A DNA stretch of 64,000 nucleotides from the IMG/VR virus record IMGVR_UViG_3300020596_000014, positions 32,001-96,000 of that record; one strand, 5' to 3'. This DNA is from a virus. The notes below the pieces were generated by a model, which made no database searches, was not told the DNA's origin, and saw only the letters and a list, made by a program, of their open reading frames with translations. Position 1 is the first letter of the stretch, and each line of letters opens with the position of its first letter. Below are positions 29,095 through 38,567 of this stretch, in pieces. A program made the translations under genes and the position numbers.

Positions 29095-29792
29095 CGCTTC
29101 GTACTTCTAGAGAGCGAACGCTTCTTCGTTGTCGGAGGCGATGACCTTCGGGCTACCCAGGTATCCACGCGAGACTGTTCCGCTGCTTTTTCATGTGTCA
29201 CAGCGTCTGTTGCGGCTTTTTTCTGCGCGGCTTCTGCCGCCTCCACCGCGATCTGCAATGCCGGGGTGATGACGTTAATGATCTCTGCCCACCACGGACC
29301 ATCCTCAAAGTGCCACGGAGCGTTCATGTAGACCTGCTTCCAGTGACGGGGCTCGTCACAATTACTATTGGGATACCCTCCAACAGGTACCGGGCCGCCA
29401 AGAACGACATGTATCTCGCCGCCAATCGTTAGATTGCCAGGATCATCGTGATACGGGACATAGGCAATATCTCGGTGCTCCCCTAGAACTATAGCCGTCG
29501 CGCGATAGCCAATGTTGATGCGCTCTCCAACTCTGCCATCGGCTCGATACAGCCGAGCCATGAGAGTGCACAGGGCATTACCCGGTGCGCGTTGCAGCTC
29601 TCCGTCCGCGTAGGCTTTCACTAGCGCAGCTTGGCTCGCCAGCCACTCCGCGCTAGGGACATAGATCGGTTCCGGATGCGCCAAGGCGTACGCGCGATTC
29701 TTTGCGATTGCTTTTTTCCATCGTTCACTACATGCCATCTGATTCGTCCTCAGTGTTGATTCGTCAACGCCTTTAGGAGCTAAGAGCAACAT
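29091..29792 (-). CDS. hypothetical protein
   Basis: 233-aa ORF inverted relative to its neighbours; start uncertain. Confidence 0.6.
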   Translation of the reverse strand: MLLLAPKGVDESTLRTNQMACSERWKKAIAKNRAYALAHPEPIYVPSAEWLASQAALVKAYADGELQRAPGNALCTLMARLYRADGRVGERINIGYRATAIVLGEHRDIAYVPYHDDPGNLTIGGEIHVVLGGPVPVGGYPNSNCDEPRHWKQVYMNAPWHFEDGPWWAEIINVITPALQIAVEAAEAAQKKAATDAVTHEKAAEQSRVDTWVARRSSPPTTKKRSLSRSTKR

Positions 29793-29841
29793 GCCCCGTT
29801 TCCACGCGCTAGCGTGGCCTCAACCTCTAGCTGTAAAGCCT

Positions 29842-29873
29842 AGAGTAACACGTCGTCGAGACTGTGTTACTCT
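29842..29873 (+). promoter_or_regulatory. 10-bp perfect inverted repeat just upstream of the GIY-YIG start
   Basis: agagtaacac-N12-gtgttactct, ending 6 nt before GTG 29880. Confidence 0.5.
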
Positions 29874-29879
29874 TATAAA

Positions 29880-30782
29880 GTGACATCTTTCATCATCTAC
29901 CTGATCACATGCACCGTCAACGGCAAAAAGTACGTTGGCCAGTCCGAGGTGCCTCTCGAAGAACGTTGGCAGAAGCATGTTGCAAGCTCGCGTTGCCCCA
30001 CATCGAAGGCTTACAAGAAGATGTCGATCGTTCGAGCGATCGCGAAGCATGGTTCTGAGAACTTCATTAGAGAAGTGATCGAGAAGTGTTCCTCTTACGA
30101 CGCGATGGACGTCGCCGAGATCGACTGGATTGCGAAGCTTGAGCTGACGAACCCGGACGTTGGTTACAACATCGCGAAGGGAGGCAACGCTCCGATGCGC
30201 GGTCGAAAGCACACGGCGGCCTCAAAGGCTCTGATGCGTATGGCGAAGCTCAATCCGACGGACGAGACTCGAGCGTCGTTGAAGGCTGGGCAGGCGAGAG
30301 CTAATGCCGATCCAGAGACAATACAGAGGAAGGTCGAAGCCGCGAAGCGGCGCGGTGTGCACTCGAAGCTTCTGGAAGGTCATGCTCGCTTCTTTGAGAA
30401 CGGTATGCCGGAAGAGACGAAGCAGAAGTTGAGCGTCGCGATGTCAGGTGAGAAGAACGCGAACTACGGGAAGCCGGTACCTGCCGAGCGAAAGAAGAAG
30501 CTTTCGGCTGCCCATCAAGGTAAAATCTTGTCAACTGAACACAAAGCAGCCATTGCTCGCGGAGTCGTCGGGAAGTGTTCGTCGCGCGGTCTCAACCGTC
30601 GCCCTGTGCACGTTTACGAGAACGATGAGCACGTTGCTAGCTACCTCAGGCTAGAGTTCGTAGCTGAAGACATGGGCGTCAGCGTCAAAACGTTGCGAGC
30701 TTGGTTGTGCTCTGGGAAGAAATTCGGCAACCGTCGCTACGTACAAGACGAAAGTACGATCAGCGCATTGCGCTCTAAGTAA
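29880..30782 (+). CDS. free-standing GIY-YIG homing endonuclease with NUMOD3 repeats
   Basis: IIYLITCTVNGKKYVGQS, LEERWQKH, E..WI, GYNIAKGG; GRKHT..SK..M, GEKNANYGK. Confidence 0.88.
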   Translation: MTSFIIYLITCTVNGKKYVGQSEVPLEERWQKHVASSRCPTSKAYKKMSIVRAIAKHGSENFIREVIEKCSSYDAMDVAEIDWIAKLELTNPDVGYNIAKGGNAPMRGRKHTAASKALMRMAKLNPTDETRASLKAGQARANADPETIQRKVEAAKRRGVHSKLLEGHARFFENGMPEETKQKLSVAMSGEKNANYGKPVPAERKKKLSAAHQGKILSTEHKAAIARGVVGKCSSRGLNRRPVHVYENDEHVASYLRLEFVAEDMGVSVKTLRAWLCSGKKFGNRRYVQDESTISALRSK

Positions 30783-30791
30783 AGGATATCA

Positions 30792-31508
30792 ATGGGTTTC
30801 TTGGATTCAAGCACGAACAATATTTTAGTTGACTGCGTTCTAACCGACTCTGGAAGACAATTCCTCGCCCGCAACGACGGGAGCTTCTCTCTCGTCAAGT
30901 TTGCCCTTGGCGACGACGAGGTCGACTACTCGAACATCAAGAAGTACGGTCGCACGGTTGGCAAGGAGCGCATCGAGAAGCTCACGCCAGTGCTCGAGGC
31001 CCTGACCAACCAGTCATACGCGATGAAGTACAAACTTATCAGCGTGTCTAATCCAAACCTCGTCCGACTCCCGCGTCTGACCCTGTCCGGCGACTCTAGC
31101 GTCTCTAGCTCCACCAGCCTTGTCACGCTCGGTCGCACGACTCAGAAGACGTCCGTTGTCTCCATCGAGCAGACGATCCAGGGCGAGTCGACCATCGATG
31201 TTGAGCTGCGCGACCAGGTGTTTCAGGTCGAGATGAGTAATCTATTCCTGCAGATTCTGCAGGGCACGCCGGACGCCGTCGATGGACAGTCGCGCGCGAC
31301 CTATCTGATCCCGCGCTCGTCTAGCGAGAACAGTCAGGGAGGCTCTACCCTGCAGTTCACGCTCGCCGCCAAGTCGATCCCGGATGCACAGTTCACTGTC
31401 TACGGGTCGACTTCTAACAAGAACATCATCTCGACGTACGTACGCGTGACCGGTCTGCAGTCGGGCGCCGTCCTCGAGTACCGTGTTAACATCAACAAGA
31501 GTCTGTGA
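30792..31508 (+). CDS. putative virion structural protein (tail/baseplate)
   Basis: VDCVLTDSGRQFLARNDGSF..VKFALGDDEVDY; Ser/Thr-rich; TAAGTA and AAGGA upstream. Confidence 0.65.
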   Translation: MGFLDSSTNNILVDCVLTDSGRQFLARNDGSFSLVKFALGDDEVDYSNIKKYGRTVGKERIEKLTPVLEALTNQSYAMKYKLISVSNPNLVRLPRLTLSGDSSVSSSTSLVTLGRTTQKTSVVSIEQTIQGESTIDVELRDQVFQVEMSNLFLQILQGTPDAVDGQSRATYLIPRSSSENSQGGSTLQFTLAAKSIPDAQFTVYGSTSNKNIISTYVRVTGLQSGAVLEYRVNINKSL

Positions 31509-31589
31509 CACCATCTCGGTTGCTTTCGACGGCCGGGCGGTGAGACGTGGCCTTTGCTCTTCAAGCCGGGACGTCTAGCTTCTTGCTGT

Positions 31590-31828
31590 GTGATCTACCG
31601 AGTCGACAACAGGGAGGCGGGCTTGACCTACGTCGGGCAGACCGTCCTGCCGCTCGAGGATCGTTGGAAGGCACACCGATGAAACGAAGAAAAGCTAGCA
31701 AACCGGTGAGACAACTCACGTCGCTTGGCGACGTTGTTGCTATCTTCGAGTCGTTGACAGCCGCGGCAAAGGCGAACGGGTACTCGAAAGGTGCCGTATG
31801 TAACAACATTCGGGACTCAGAGCGATGA
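31590..31828 (+). pseudogene. collapsed GIY-YIG/NUMOD1 endonuclease remnant
   Basis: 31590-31682 encodes VIYRVDNREAGLTYVGQTVLPLEDRWKAHR*; 31679-31828 encodes KPVRQLTSLGDVVAIFESLTAAAKANG (NUMOD1); the middle is missing. Confidence 0.75.
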
Positions 31829-31860
31829 CCGCTCAAGGACGTCAAGTTCGAGCACGTTAC

Positions 31861-31866
31861 TACGTA
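31861..31866 (+). promoter_or_regulatory. TANNTA putative late promoter (TACGTA)
   Basis: 12 nt upstream of ATG 31879. Confidence 0.5.
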
Positions 31867-31878
31867 AGGAACAAGTAA

Positions 31879-33114
31879 ATGGCAATCTACAAAGAGCTCA
31901 GCTCGGATAACTTAAAAACGGCACGCTCGTTTTTGTCACAGCTCGTTGAAGTCTTGCAGCAAGACATCTCTGGCTCCTCCACACGACGCAAGTATCAGCA
32001 CTTCGTCACCGGCGCTGGCGTAGCTCCCGGCGTGACTTCCTCGCTGTTCCAGACGGTGCACGACCAGGACTTCACGCTACAGACGACGAACCCGCAATTC
32101 GATGTCACGGTTGGTCTATTCGCGTCTGGCTCGATCGTCTCGACGACCAAATCCGGAACTGACTCCGCCGGCAAGCTGTTGTTCCCCTCAAACTCGCTGA
32201 TGATGCGCGAGAAGGTGGACATCTATCGGCAGTTCGCCCAGTTGCTGCTTGGCGACTCGACCGCGCAGTTTACCGCCCCGGCTGACTCCTCGACCAGCAC
32301 GGATCGCATCGACGCCCCGTTGTTCATCAGTTTTCGACGGCTGTTCTCGCGCGATAAGATCAAACGAGAGACATTCGCATTGAAGTTCTATAAGAACGCC
32401 AATGTCATCGCCAGTGCGCTCCATGTCGGCAACATCTCGACCGTCATCACCGGATCCGAGCTCACTAGCTCGTTCATCTACACGGACGTCGGCAGCGCGA
32501 ACAATCGTAACGTGGCCGTCGGCGGAGAGGTAGGCAGCATCGTCGAGTCCTCGAACACCGCTAACACCGTTGGTCTGCTATTCTACGATCACGGCGTCGC
32601 CATCCTCGATCTCGAGAAGATCATGAGCGGCAGTCAGCTCGTCTCAGGTTCAATCAGCTCGGTCGGCGCCACAGTGTCTGCCCACCTGTCGCGCGGCGCG
32701 CAGGCCATCGGCGGTCAGTTTGGTGACAACTCTCGGGCCAAGTTCATCCCCGACTTCCTTACGAGCGGCTCAATCGACAACATCGTCGACCACATCTGTG
32801 CGGTTCGCTTCCACACGGGCTCGATCACAGCCATCACGTTTCAGAATATCACAAACATCAACTCGACGCTTGTGTCCGTGCAGGCAGGGCCTGACGAGTT
32901 CAACTACTCGAGCAACCCAACGTTCCGCGACGCAGACGACAGAATCACAGTTATCGAGGCAGGCCAGGAAGATATTTCGCAGACGTTCGTTTTTGTCACG
33001 TCTGTCGGTCTTTTTGACGCTAACGACAATCTGCTTGCGGTTGCGAAGCTAAGCCGACCAGTTGAGAAGAGTCCGGAGCGTGGACTTAATCTTCGCGTGA
33101 GGTTGGATTATTGA
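31879..33114 (+). CDS. putative virion structural protein (tail/baseplate)
   Basis: C-terminal FNYSSNPTF...VTSVGLFDANDNLLAVAKLSRPVEK...RVRLDY, paralogous to 36238; [ST]GS-rich. Confidence 0.65.
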   Translation: MAIYKELSSDNLKTARSFLSQLVEVLQQDISGSSTRRKYQHFVTGAGVAPGVTSSLFQTVHDQDFTLQTTNPQFDVTVGLFASGSIVSTTKSGTDSAGKLLFPSNSLMMREKVDIYRQFAQLLLGDSTAQFTAPADSSTSTDRIDAPLFISFRRLFSRDKIKRETFALKFYKNANVIASALHVGNISTVITGSELTSSFIYTDVGSANNRNVAVGGEVGSIVESSNTANTVGLLFYDHGVAILDLEKIMSGSQLVSGSISSVGATVSAHLSRGAQAIGGQFGDNSRAKFIPDFLTSGSIDNIVDHICAVRFHTGSITAITFQNITNINSTLVSVQAGPDEFNYSSNPTFRDADDRITVIEAGQEDISQTFVFVTSVGLFDANDNLLAVAKLSRPVEKSPERGLNLRVRLDY

Positions 33115-33204
33115 ACCTGTTTTGAGGTTTTGATTCAACGACGAGTGGATACACTCGATGGACTTTAATTCCGACTGACACTCCTCTCCAGGGTTGGTCG
33201 CCAA

Positions 33205-33483
33205 TTTCATCGTTCCTTTTATGAGCTTCGTTACTTCCGCATGTTCGACTTTGATTCTGATGTTATAAGAGTGAACCGTTCAAGATCCCGTATCTATGGG
33301 AAGAGTCTGTCAAATTACACGCTAGACGTCCTCGTTACACGTCATGATCACAAGTAGTTGATCGAGGTGAAGCCGGCAACTCTCGTAAACGATCCGAAGA
33401 ACATCGCGAAAGCAATCGTTTGGTGTTCGCAAAATGGAGTTGAGTACATTGTCGTCACCGAAAATGAACTCCCGATTATCTAG
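33205..33483 (+). pseudogene. TnsA-like (PD-(D/E)xK) endonuclease pseudogene
   Basis: Across frameshifts: FHRSFYELRYFRMFD.DSDV / EPFKIPY / NYTLDVLV..K*LIEVKP...WCSQNGVEYIVVTE; similar to 39113 and 58619. Confidence 0.75.
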
Positions 33484-33492
33484 CTTCACCCT

Positions 33493-33675
33493 GTGTCTAT
33501 CAAGCGTTTATCCCCAGAGGCTATCGAGACCTTCACAATGGTACTTCACCCCAAGCGCCGCTACTCAGCGCGCGTGCCTCGCGTGCCTCGCGCCTTCGTC
33601 GTCAACGAGTTGCTGTTAGAAACGTCCGAGGTGTTGCTCACACAAGCCGGCGAAGATCTGTTGTTAGAGAGTTAA
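33493..33675 (+). CDS. small structural-module protein (possibly chimeric)
   Basis: TATCTA upstream; C-terminal LLLETSEVLLTQAGEDLLLES; internal 9-bp tandem duplication cgcgtgcct at 33571-33588. Confidence 0.55.
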   Translation: MSIKRLSPEAIETFTMVLHPKRRYSARVPRVPRAFVVNELLLETSEVLLTQAGEDLLLES

Positions 33676-33681
33676 GCGAAC

Positions 33682-35409
33682 ATGGCAAAGAAAATCACAG
33701 AGCTCAACGCCGCGACTCTAGTCAAATCCTCCGACGTCGTGGTGTACGTTGACCTCGTCGCGGCGGAGACGAAGAAGGCAACCTGGGTTCAAGTCGTTGC
33801 GGGCATCAACGACCTTGTCGCCACCGTCTCCGGCTCGACCTTCACTGGTCCTGTGGTTGGCGCAAGCAACGGAGGCTTCACAGGCTCGCTCACTCGCTTA
33901 GCTGGCGGCGTTCTCCCGTTCATCACCGCTGTTGCCGGCAACGTTATCACGATCAGCACCGGCTCGCTCGGGCAGATTATCTTCTCCGGCTCGGGCGGCA
34001 CCGCTTCGGGAGGCGGTTCGTCAGGTGGCGGTGATCCGGGCGCTCAATACTTGGTCCTCGCATTTACAGCCTCCCTCCCCAACGAGCGCATCTTCACGCC
34101 AGGTACTGGACTCTTTTCCACAGACGCTGGCGCAGGCGCCGCTTATACGATCGGCGTAAACGATCGCTTCTTTGCTGGTTTGACAGGTTCGACCTTTAGT
34201 GGTCCGATCAGGGCGACCGGCGGGCTGAGCGGTTCACTTCAGAATCTTACGGATGGCACCTCTTTCCTCGTCGGCGTCGGAGGGATCACTATCACCTCTC
34301 AGTCGAACGGACAGATCTTCATTTCCGCTTCGGCTGGCGGCTCTGGTGGTAGCGGTACGGTGACGGCACAGTATCTCACTCTCGCCACCGACGCAACATT
34401 GACTGCTGAACGGGTCCTCGTACCGTCTACGGGTTTATTTTCTAGCGACACGGGGGCTAACGGCAACTTCACTATCGGCGTAAACGATCGCTTCTTTGCT
34501 GGTTTGACAGGTTCGACCTTTAGTGGTCCGATCGTGGGCACAAACGCTGGCGGGTTCACCGGCTCGCATACGCAACTTGTTGGAGGCGCTCCGTTTATTA
34601 CGGCTCTTGCCGGCAATGTCATCACGATTACGACCGGCTCGCTCGGGCAGATCATCCTCTCCGGCTCGGGCGGCGTCAATCAAGGCGCGCCACTTGGCGC
34701 GCAGTATCTCACGCTTACTAGTAATCCTGAGCTCACGGTTGAGCGCGTCTTCACGCCAGGTACTGGACTCTTTTCCACAGACGCTGGCGCAGGCGCCGCT
34801 TATACGATCGGCGTAAACGATCGCTTCTTTGCGGCGCTCACGGGATCTATTTTTACGGGCGTTGTCTCCTTCGACTCAGGCGCCGTCTCCGGTCTCACCA
34901 GGGGCACCGACGTCTTCGCATACTTCAGCGGCTCGTGTGGCCTGACCGGTTCGAGCGTCAACACGCCGGCGACCCGTAGGGCGGTGGTCTTCGCCGGCGA
35001 CATGATGCTGTCGGGCACGTTTCAGGAGCAGCGCCCGATCCAGTCTCCTAACGTCTACAAACACAACATCCTCACCCAGTCGGTGACAGCCGACGCGACG
35101 CCGCTGCTCGTCTACAGGTGGCAGATCGCCAATGGCTCGACGGTCGCGGACGTTCAGTTCCTCGCCACGCGCGCGAACTCCTCTCAGGCCTCGGTCATCG
35201 GTCAGAAGGCGCTCTTCCGCAACAACGCCGGCACCGTCACGCTTGTTGGCAGCGGCAGCATTAGCACCGGTCTCCTCTGTGACACAGGCCTCGCTTGGAG
35301 CGCCAACATCATCAACGCTGGTGCTGAGGGTCGAGTGTTCGTCACAGGTTCGGCGGCAATTACGATCACATGGGCCATCGACGGGACCATCACGACGGTG
35401 ACACCGTGA
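33682..35409 (+). CDS. Gly/Ser/Thr-rich repetitive fibre protein
   Basis: MAKKITELNAAT N-terminus; three AQYL.L...L..ER...GTGL repeats. Confidence 0.7.
   Translation: MAKKITELNAATLVKSSDVVVYVDLVAAETKKATWVQVVAGINDLVATVSGSTFTGPVVGASNGGFTGSLTRLAGGVLPFITAVAGNVITISTGSLGQIIFSGSGGTASGGGSSGGGDPGAQYLVLAFTASLPNERIFTPGTGLFSTDAGAGAAYTIGVNDRFFAGLTGSTFSGPIRATGGLSGSLQNLTDGTSFLVGVGGITITSQSNGQIFISASAGGSGGSGTVTAQYLTLATDATLTAERVLVPSTGLFSSDTGANGNFTIGVNDRFFAGLTGSTFSGPIVGTNAGGFTGSHTQLVGGAPFITALAGNVITITTGSLGQIILSGSGGVNQGAPLGAQYLTLTSNPELTVERVFTPGTGLFSTDAGAGAAYTIGVNDRFFAALTGSIFTGVVSFDSGAVSGLTRGTDVFAYFSGSCGLTGSSVNTPATRRAVVFAGDMMLSGTFQEQRPIQSPNVYKHNILTQSVTADATPLLVYRWQIANGSTVADVQFLATRANSSQASVIGQKALFRNNAGTVTLVGSGSISTGLLCDTGLAWSANIINAGAEGRVFVTGSAAITITWAIDGTITTVTP
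34091..34832 (+). repeat. exact intragenic DNA repeats in the fibre gene
   Basis: 85 bp 34091-34175 = 34748-34832; 60 bp 34150-34209 = 34474-34533. Confidence 0.9.
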
Positions 35410-36200
35410 TTTTCCGCACCCGGCCACCCAGCGGCTTCAACACGATAAACCCAAAGGACATCCCCGGTTTGAAACTGTGGATCGACGCACATCTTGGCGT
35501 CACGGGCATCGTGAACGGCGTGCTCAATTCGATTGTCGACCAAAGTGACAGTAGCAACAATCTCTCTAATATCTCGGGCGTCAACAGGCCCATTTACGCC
35601 AATCAAGATCGCTACACAAATGGTATGAACATTTTCAGGCGCGGGCGTGCCGACGGGCGGGCCATCGACCTTGAAGGAGGCAACGACTGGCTCAGCTTGG
35701 ACGGCACGTCGAGCGGCCCGTTCATTGCCTTCGCAGCCGAAACCGCCACTATATGGCATGTTAGCAAGCATACCAGTAACAGAAGCACAGCTACAGAAAT
35801 CACTATCAATACGCCGCTCAATATTATCTGTCGAAACGACGGCTCAACGTACGGGCCGCAGGTCGGCTTCAGCAGTGGCAGACCGCAGTTCATCATCTAT
35901 GACGTGAGTTGGAACACCTACTCGGCCACGCGCACCAATTTGAACGACGGTCAACTCCACACAGTTTGTTGGACGATCAACAACACGACGCTCACTTGTT
36001 ACATCGACGGCGCACTAGACAGTGTAATCACAACCGTTGGAGCGATGAACACCGCCTTCGCCGGTGTCAACTCGATCGGCGGACACGCACTGAACGACGG
36101 CTTTCAGGGTTACATCGGTGAGGTGATGATCTGGGACAAGGTGCTCACCTCACAACAAGTTGTACTACTCCACACACGCGCTATGAACATTCACGCCTGA
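35406..36200 (+). CDS. LamG/concanavalin A-like domain protein (putative receptor-binding or decoration protein)
   Basis: GLKLWIDA, DQS..SNNL, LNDGQLHTVC..CYIDG, FQGYIGEVMIWDKVLT; GTG overlaps the fibre stop. Confidence 0.8.
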   Translation: MIFRTRPPSGFNTINPKDIPGLKLWIDAHLGVTGIVNGVLNSIVDQSDSSNNLSNISGVNRPIYANQDRYTNGMNIFRRGRADGRAIDLEGGNDWLSLDGTSSGPFIAFAAETATIWHVSKHTSNRSTATEITINTPLNIICRNDGSTYGPQVGFSSGRPQFIIYDVSWNTYSATRTNLNDGQLHTVCWTINNTTLTCYIDGALDSVITTVGAMNTAFAGVNSIGGHALNDGFQGYIGEVMIWDKVLTSQQVVLLHTRAMNIHA

Positions 36201-36237
36201 TATGACAACCAGCTATAATATGCTAGCTGATACGTGA

Positions 36238-38538
36238 ATGCCTGAGTACATCGTCACCGGCTCGCTCAAGATCTTCGCGAACCCTTCTGCTCGGGAGAAG
36301 GACGCGTTTTCACCTTCGGTGTTCGTCGATCAGACGCGTAAGTCCGACACGTTGGACTCCATCTTACGCGCTCTGAGCGTCAAGGTCGCCGGCGGCCGGT
36401 CCAACATCTCAAACGCGATGCAGTCGTATATGGAGCGAGTCAACGCGATCCCCACTTCCGCCAAGAACTCGGCCGATATGGAGATCCTGCGTCACGCCCC
36501 CACGACGCAGTACACTATCAACACTGCTAAGAAACTGTTCGTACAGAACAGACTGATGCCTTACTACAGAGCCCACCGACCGAGTTGTCACTGGGCGTAC
36601 GTCAACTATCACACTGTCAACTTCTTCACGGGCGACTCGGTCCCGTCTGACGCCGCTTGGCTCTACCCGAACGTGCGAAACGACGCCTTCCCGAGCGGAT
36701 GCTACTCCCCGACCGGTAGCTTCACATTCGAGTTCTATGTCAACCCACGCTACTCAACGTCGCAGACGGGCTCGATCCATTTCAAGGCCGGCACCATCTT
36801 ACATCTGTCGTCAAGCTACGCGCTCTCGCTGGTCTCAGGGTCTTCCCGCGGTCGCGACGGCAACGCCGACGGTTTCCGCCTGCTTCTGCAACTCTCATCT
36901 AGTGCAGATGTCAAGCCGAGTCTAGTCACGCCTGGCTCCGGCGCCACGCCTGCTGCCTGGTTGTCGAACGACAACTCGCTGAGTCGCAACAAGTGGCATC
37001 ACGTCCTGGTCACGTGGGGCACTCACCGGAATGATCAAGGCACCGGCAGCTTCTACGTCGACGGCGTGCAGAAGGGCGTCTTCGTCTTCCCGTCGGCGTC
37101 CTGTCTGTCGCCCTTTGCGACAAACGACGTCCTCTGTCTCGGAAACTTCTACGAAGGCACAAACACCGACGCCTCGGTGCAGGCTCGCTTCTTTGCCGCC
37201 GACACCGCCGCGCGAGAAGGTGTCCACGCTCTCGACGGCGCCTCCGGGGTCAACTACCCCGTCTCGTTTTCTTTTAACCACCAACTGAACGCTGAGCTTC
37301 ATGACGTCAGTCTTCGCGAGGATTACCTGCCCTCGACGAAGGCGACAACACTAGGGTTGATGAACCCAAAGAAAGCTCCAAGGAGCGCAAACCCTTACCT
37401 CTTCTACGTTCCCCCATTCTTCGTCCCCGGCGCTCCGACGTTGACCGAGGTGAACGCGGCGGGCGGGTTGCTCATCACGCCGTTCCATGCGCTCGATGAA
37501 GGCAGCAAGCACCCGTTCTCGGCCCCCATGTCATTCGGCGTGGCTGGGCGCTACAACAGTCTCGAGAATTTCACGAGAGACTTCGCCACCAATCGTCACG
37601 CGCGGGTCCTGCACCTGACGGCAAGTCAGTTCCTTGATTCGACGCCGGGGGCGCTCGTTGCGAACGACTATCTCTACGCCACGGCTAGTGTTCGACTCCG
37701 TAACCTGAACGTCTTGCCTTGCGACGACGGCAACTTCCGCCCGAACTTCGAGCTCGCGTCGGCTCTCGATCTCGCAGACGACAAGCGTTTCGTCGACGAC
37801 ATCGGCAGCCCGTCGCCGGCCTTGATCTCGCTGCGTAACATGATCACCGGCTCGATCTATTCGAGTCTCTTCCACCAGACCGGAAGCATGTTCAACGACG
37901 TCGTCAAGATTGTTCCGGAGTCTAGCGCGCTGAACCCGACCGTTGTGCCGTCAGGGCTGTACGCTGTTCACCAACGGACGCAGGACGCGACCTCAAACGA
38001 GGTCATTATGTTCGACATCAGCAATTTGTTCTTCGGCGAGCGCATTCGACCGGGCTCGTTCGTCATCAGCGACCCAACGCTCAGTGGCTCGAACGGGCGC
38101 GTCACGATGCGTCTGCAAGACGACGGCAACGGAGGTTTGTTCCGGGCTGACGGTCTCACGCAACGTGCCGCGTGGAATCACGTCGGCAACGTCTTCTATG
38201 AGGAGGGTGTCATTCTCATCAAGAGCCCTGCTATCCCGTTCTTCGGGTCCGAAGGTTTCGACATCGAGTTCGAGGGCGAAAAGTCGGTTCACACTACGAA
38301 GCTCAATGTGCTTGTCGACGCGACGTCGTACAACACCTCGTCCAATCAGACTTGGAGCTCCACTATGTCGGCATCCTTCGACGCTAACCGCGACCCAGAG
38401 AACGAGAAGTTCGTCACGATCAGCGGGGTCAATTTCCACGACGAGAACCTGAACATCGTGATGAGAGCGCAACTGGCGCAGCCTATCGTGAAACGTCGTG
38501 GCGATCGTTATTTGATAAGAATTCGCCACGACTGGTAG
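36238..38538 (+). CDS. large virion structural protein with internal LamG-like domain
   Basis: SFTFEFYVNP, NKWHHVLVTW..FYVDG; VGNVFYEEGV; C-terminus paralogous to 31879. Confidence 0.7.
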   Translation: MPEYIVTGSLKIFANPSAREKDAFSPSVFVDQTRKSDTLDSILRALSVKVAGGRSNISNAMQSYMERVNAIPTSAKNSADMEILRHAPTTQYTINTAKKLFVQNRLMPYYRAHRPSCHWAYVNYHTVNFFTGDSVPSDAAWLYPNVRNDAFPSGCYSPTGSFTFEFYVNPRYSTSQTGSIHFKAGTILHLSSSYALSLVSGSSRGRDGNADGFRLLLQLSSSADVKPSLVTPGSGATPAAWLSNDNSLSRNKWHHVLVTWGTHRNDQGTGSFYVDGVQKGVFVFPSASCLSPFATNDVLCLGNFYEGTNTDASVQARFFAADTAAREGVHALDGASGVNYPVSFSFNHQLNAELHDVSLREDYLPSTKATTLGLMNPKKAPRSANPYLFYVPPFFVPGAPTLTEVNAAGGLLITPFHALDEGSKHPFSAPMSFGVAGRYNSLENFTRDFATNRHARVLHLTASQFLDSTPGALVANDYLYATASVRLRNLNVLPCDDGNFRPNFELASALDLADDKRFVDDIGSPSPALISLRNMITGSIYSSLFHQTGSMFNDVVKIVPESSALNPTVVPSGLYAVHQRTQDATSNEVIMFDISNLFFGERIRPGSFVISDPTLSGSNGRVTMRLQDDGNGGLFRADGLTQRAAWNHVGNVFYEEGVILIKSPAIPFFGSEGFDIEFEGEKSVHTTKLNVLVDATSYNTSSNQTWSSTMSASFDANRDPENEKFVTISGVNFHDENLNIVMRAQLAQPIVKRRGDRYLIRIRHDW

Positions 38539-38567
38539 GATCGTTGTATGTTCTCCTATCTATTCTC

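Noticed and set aside
34091-34832. Exact repeats as a CRISPR array or a DGR template/variable pair
   Set aside because: The repeats are in-frame coding units with no unique spacers or adenine-specific mismatches. No cas or reverse transcriptase gene is in the window.
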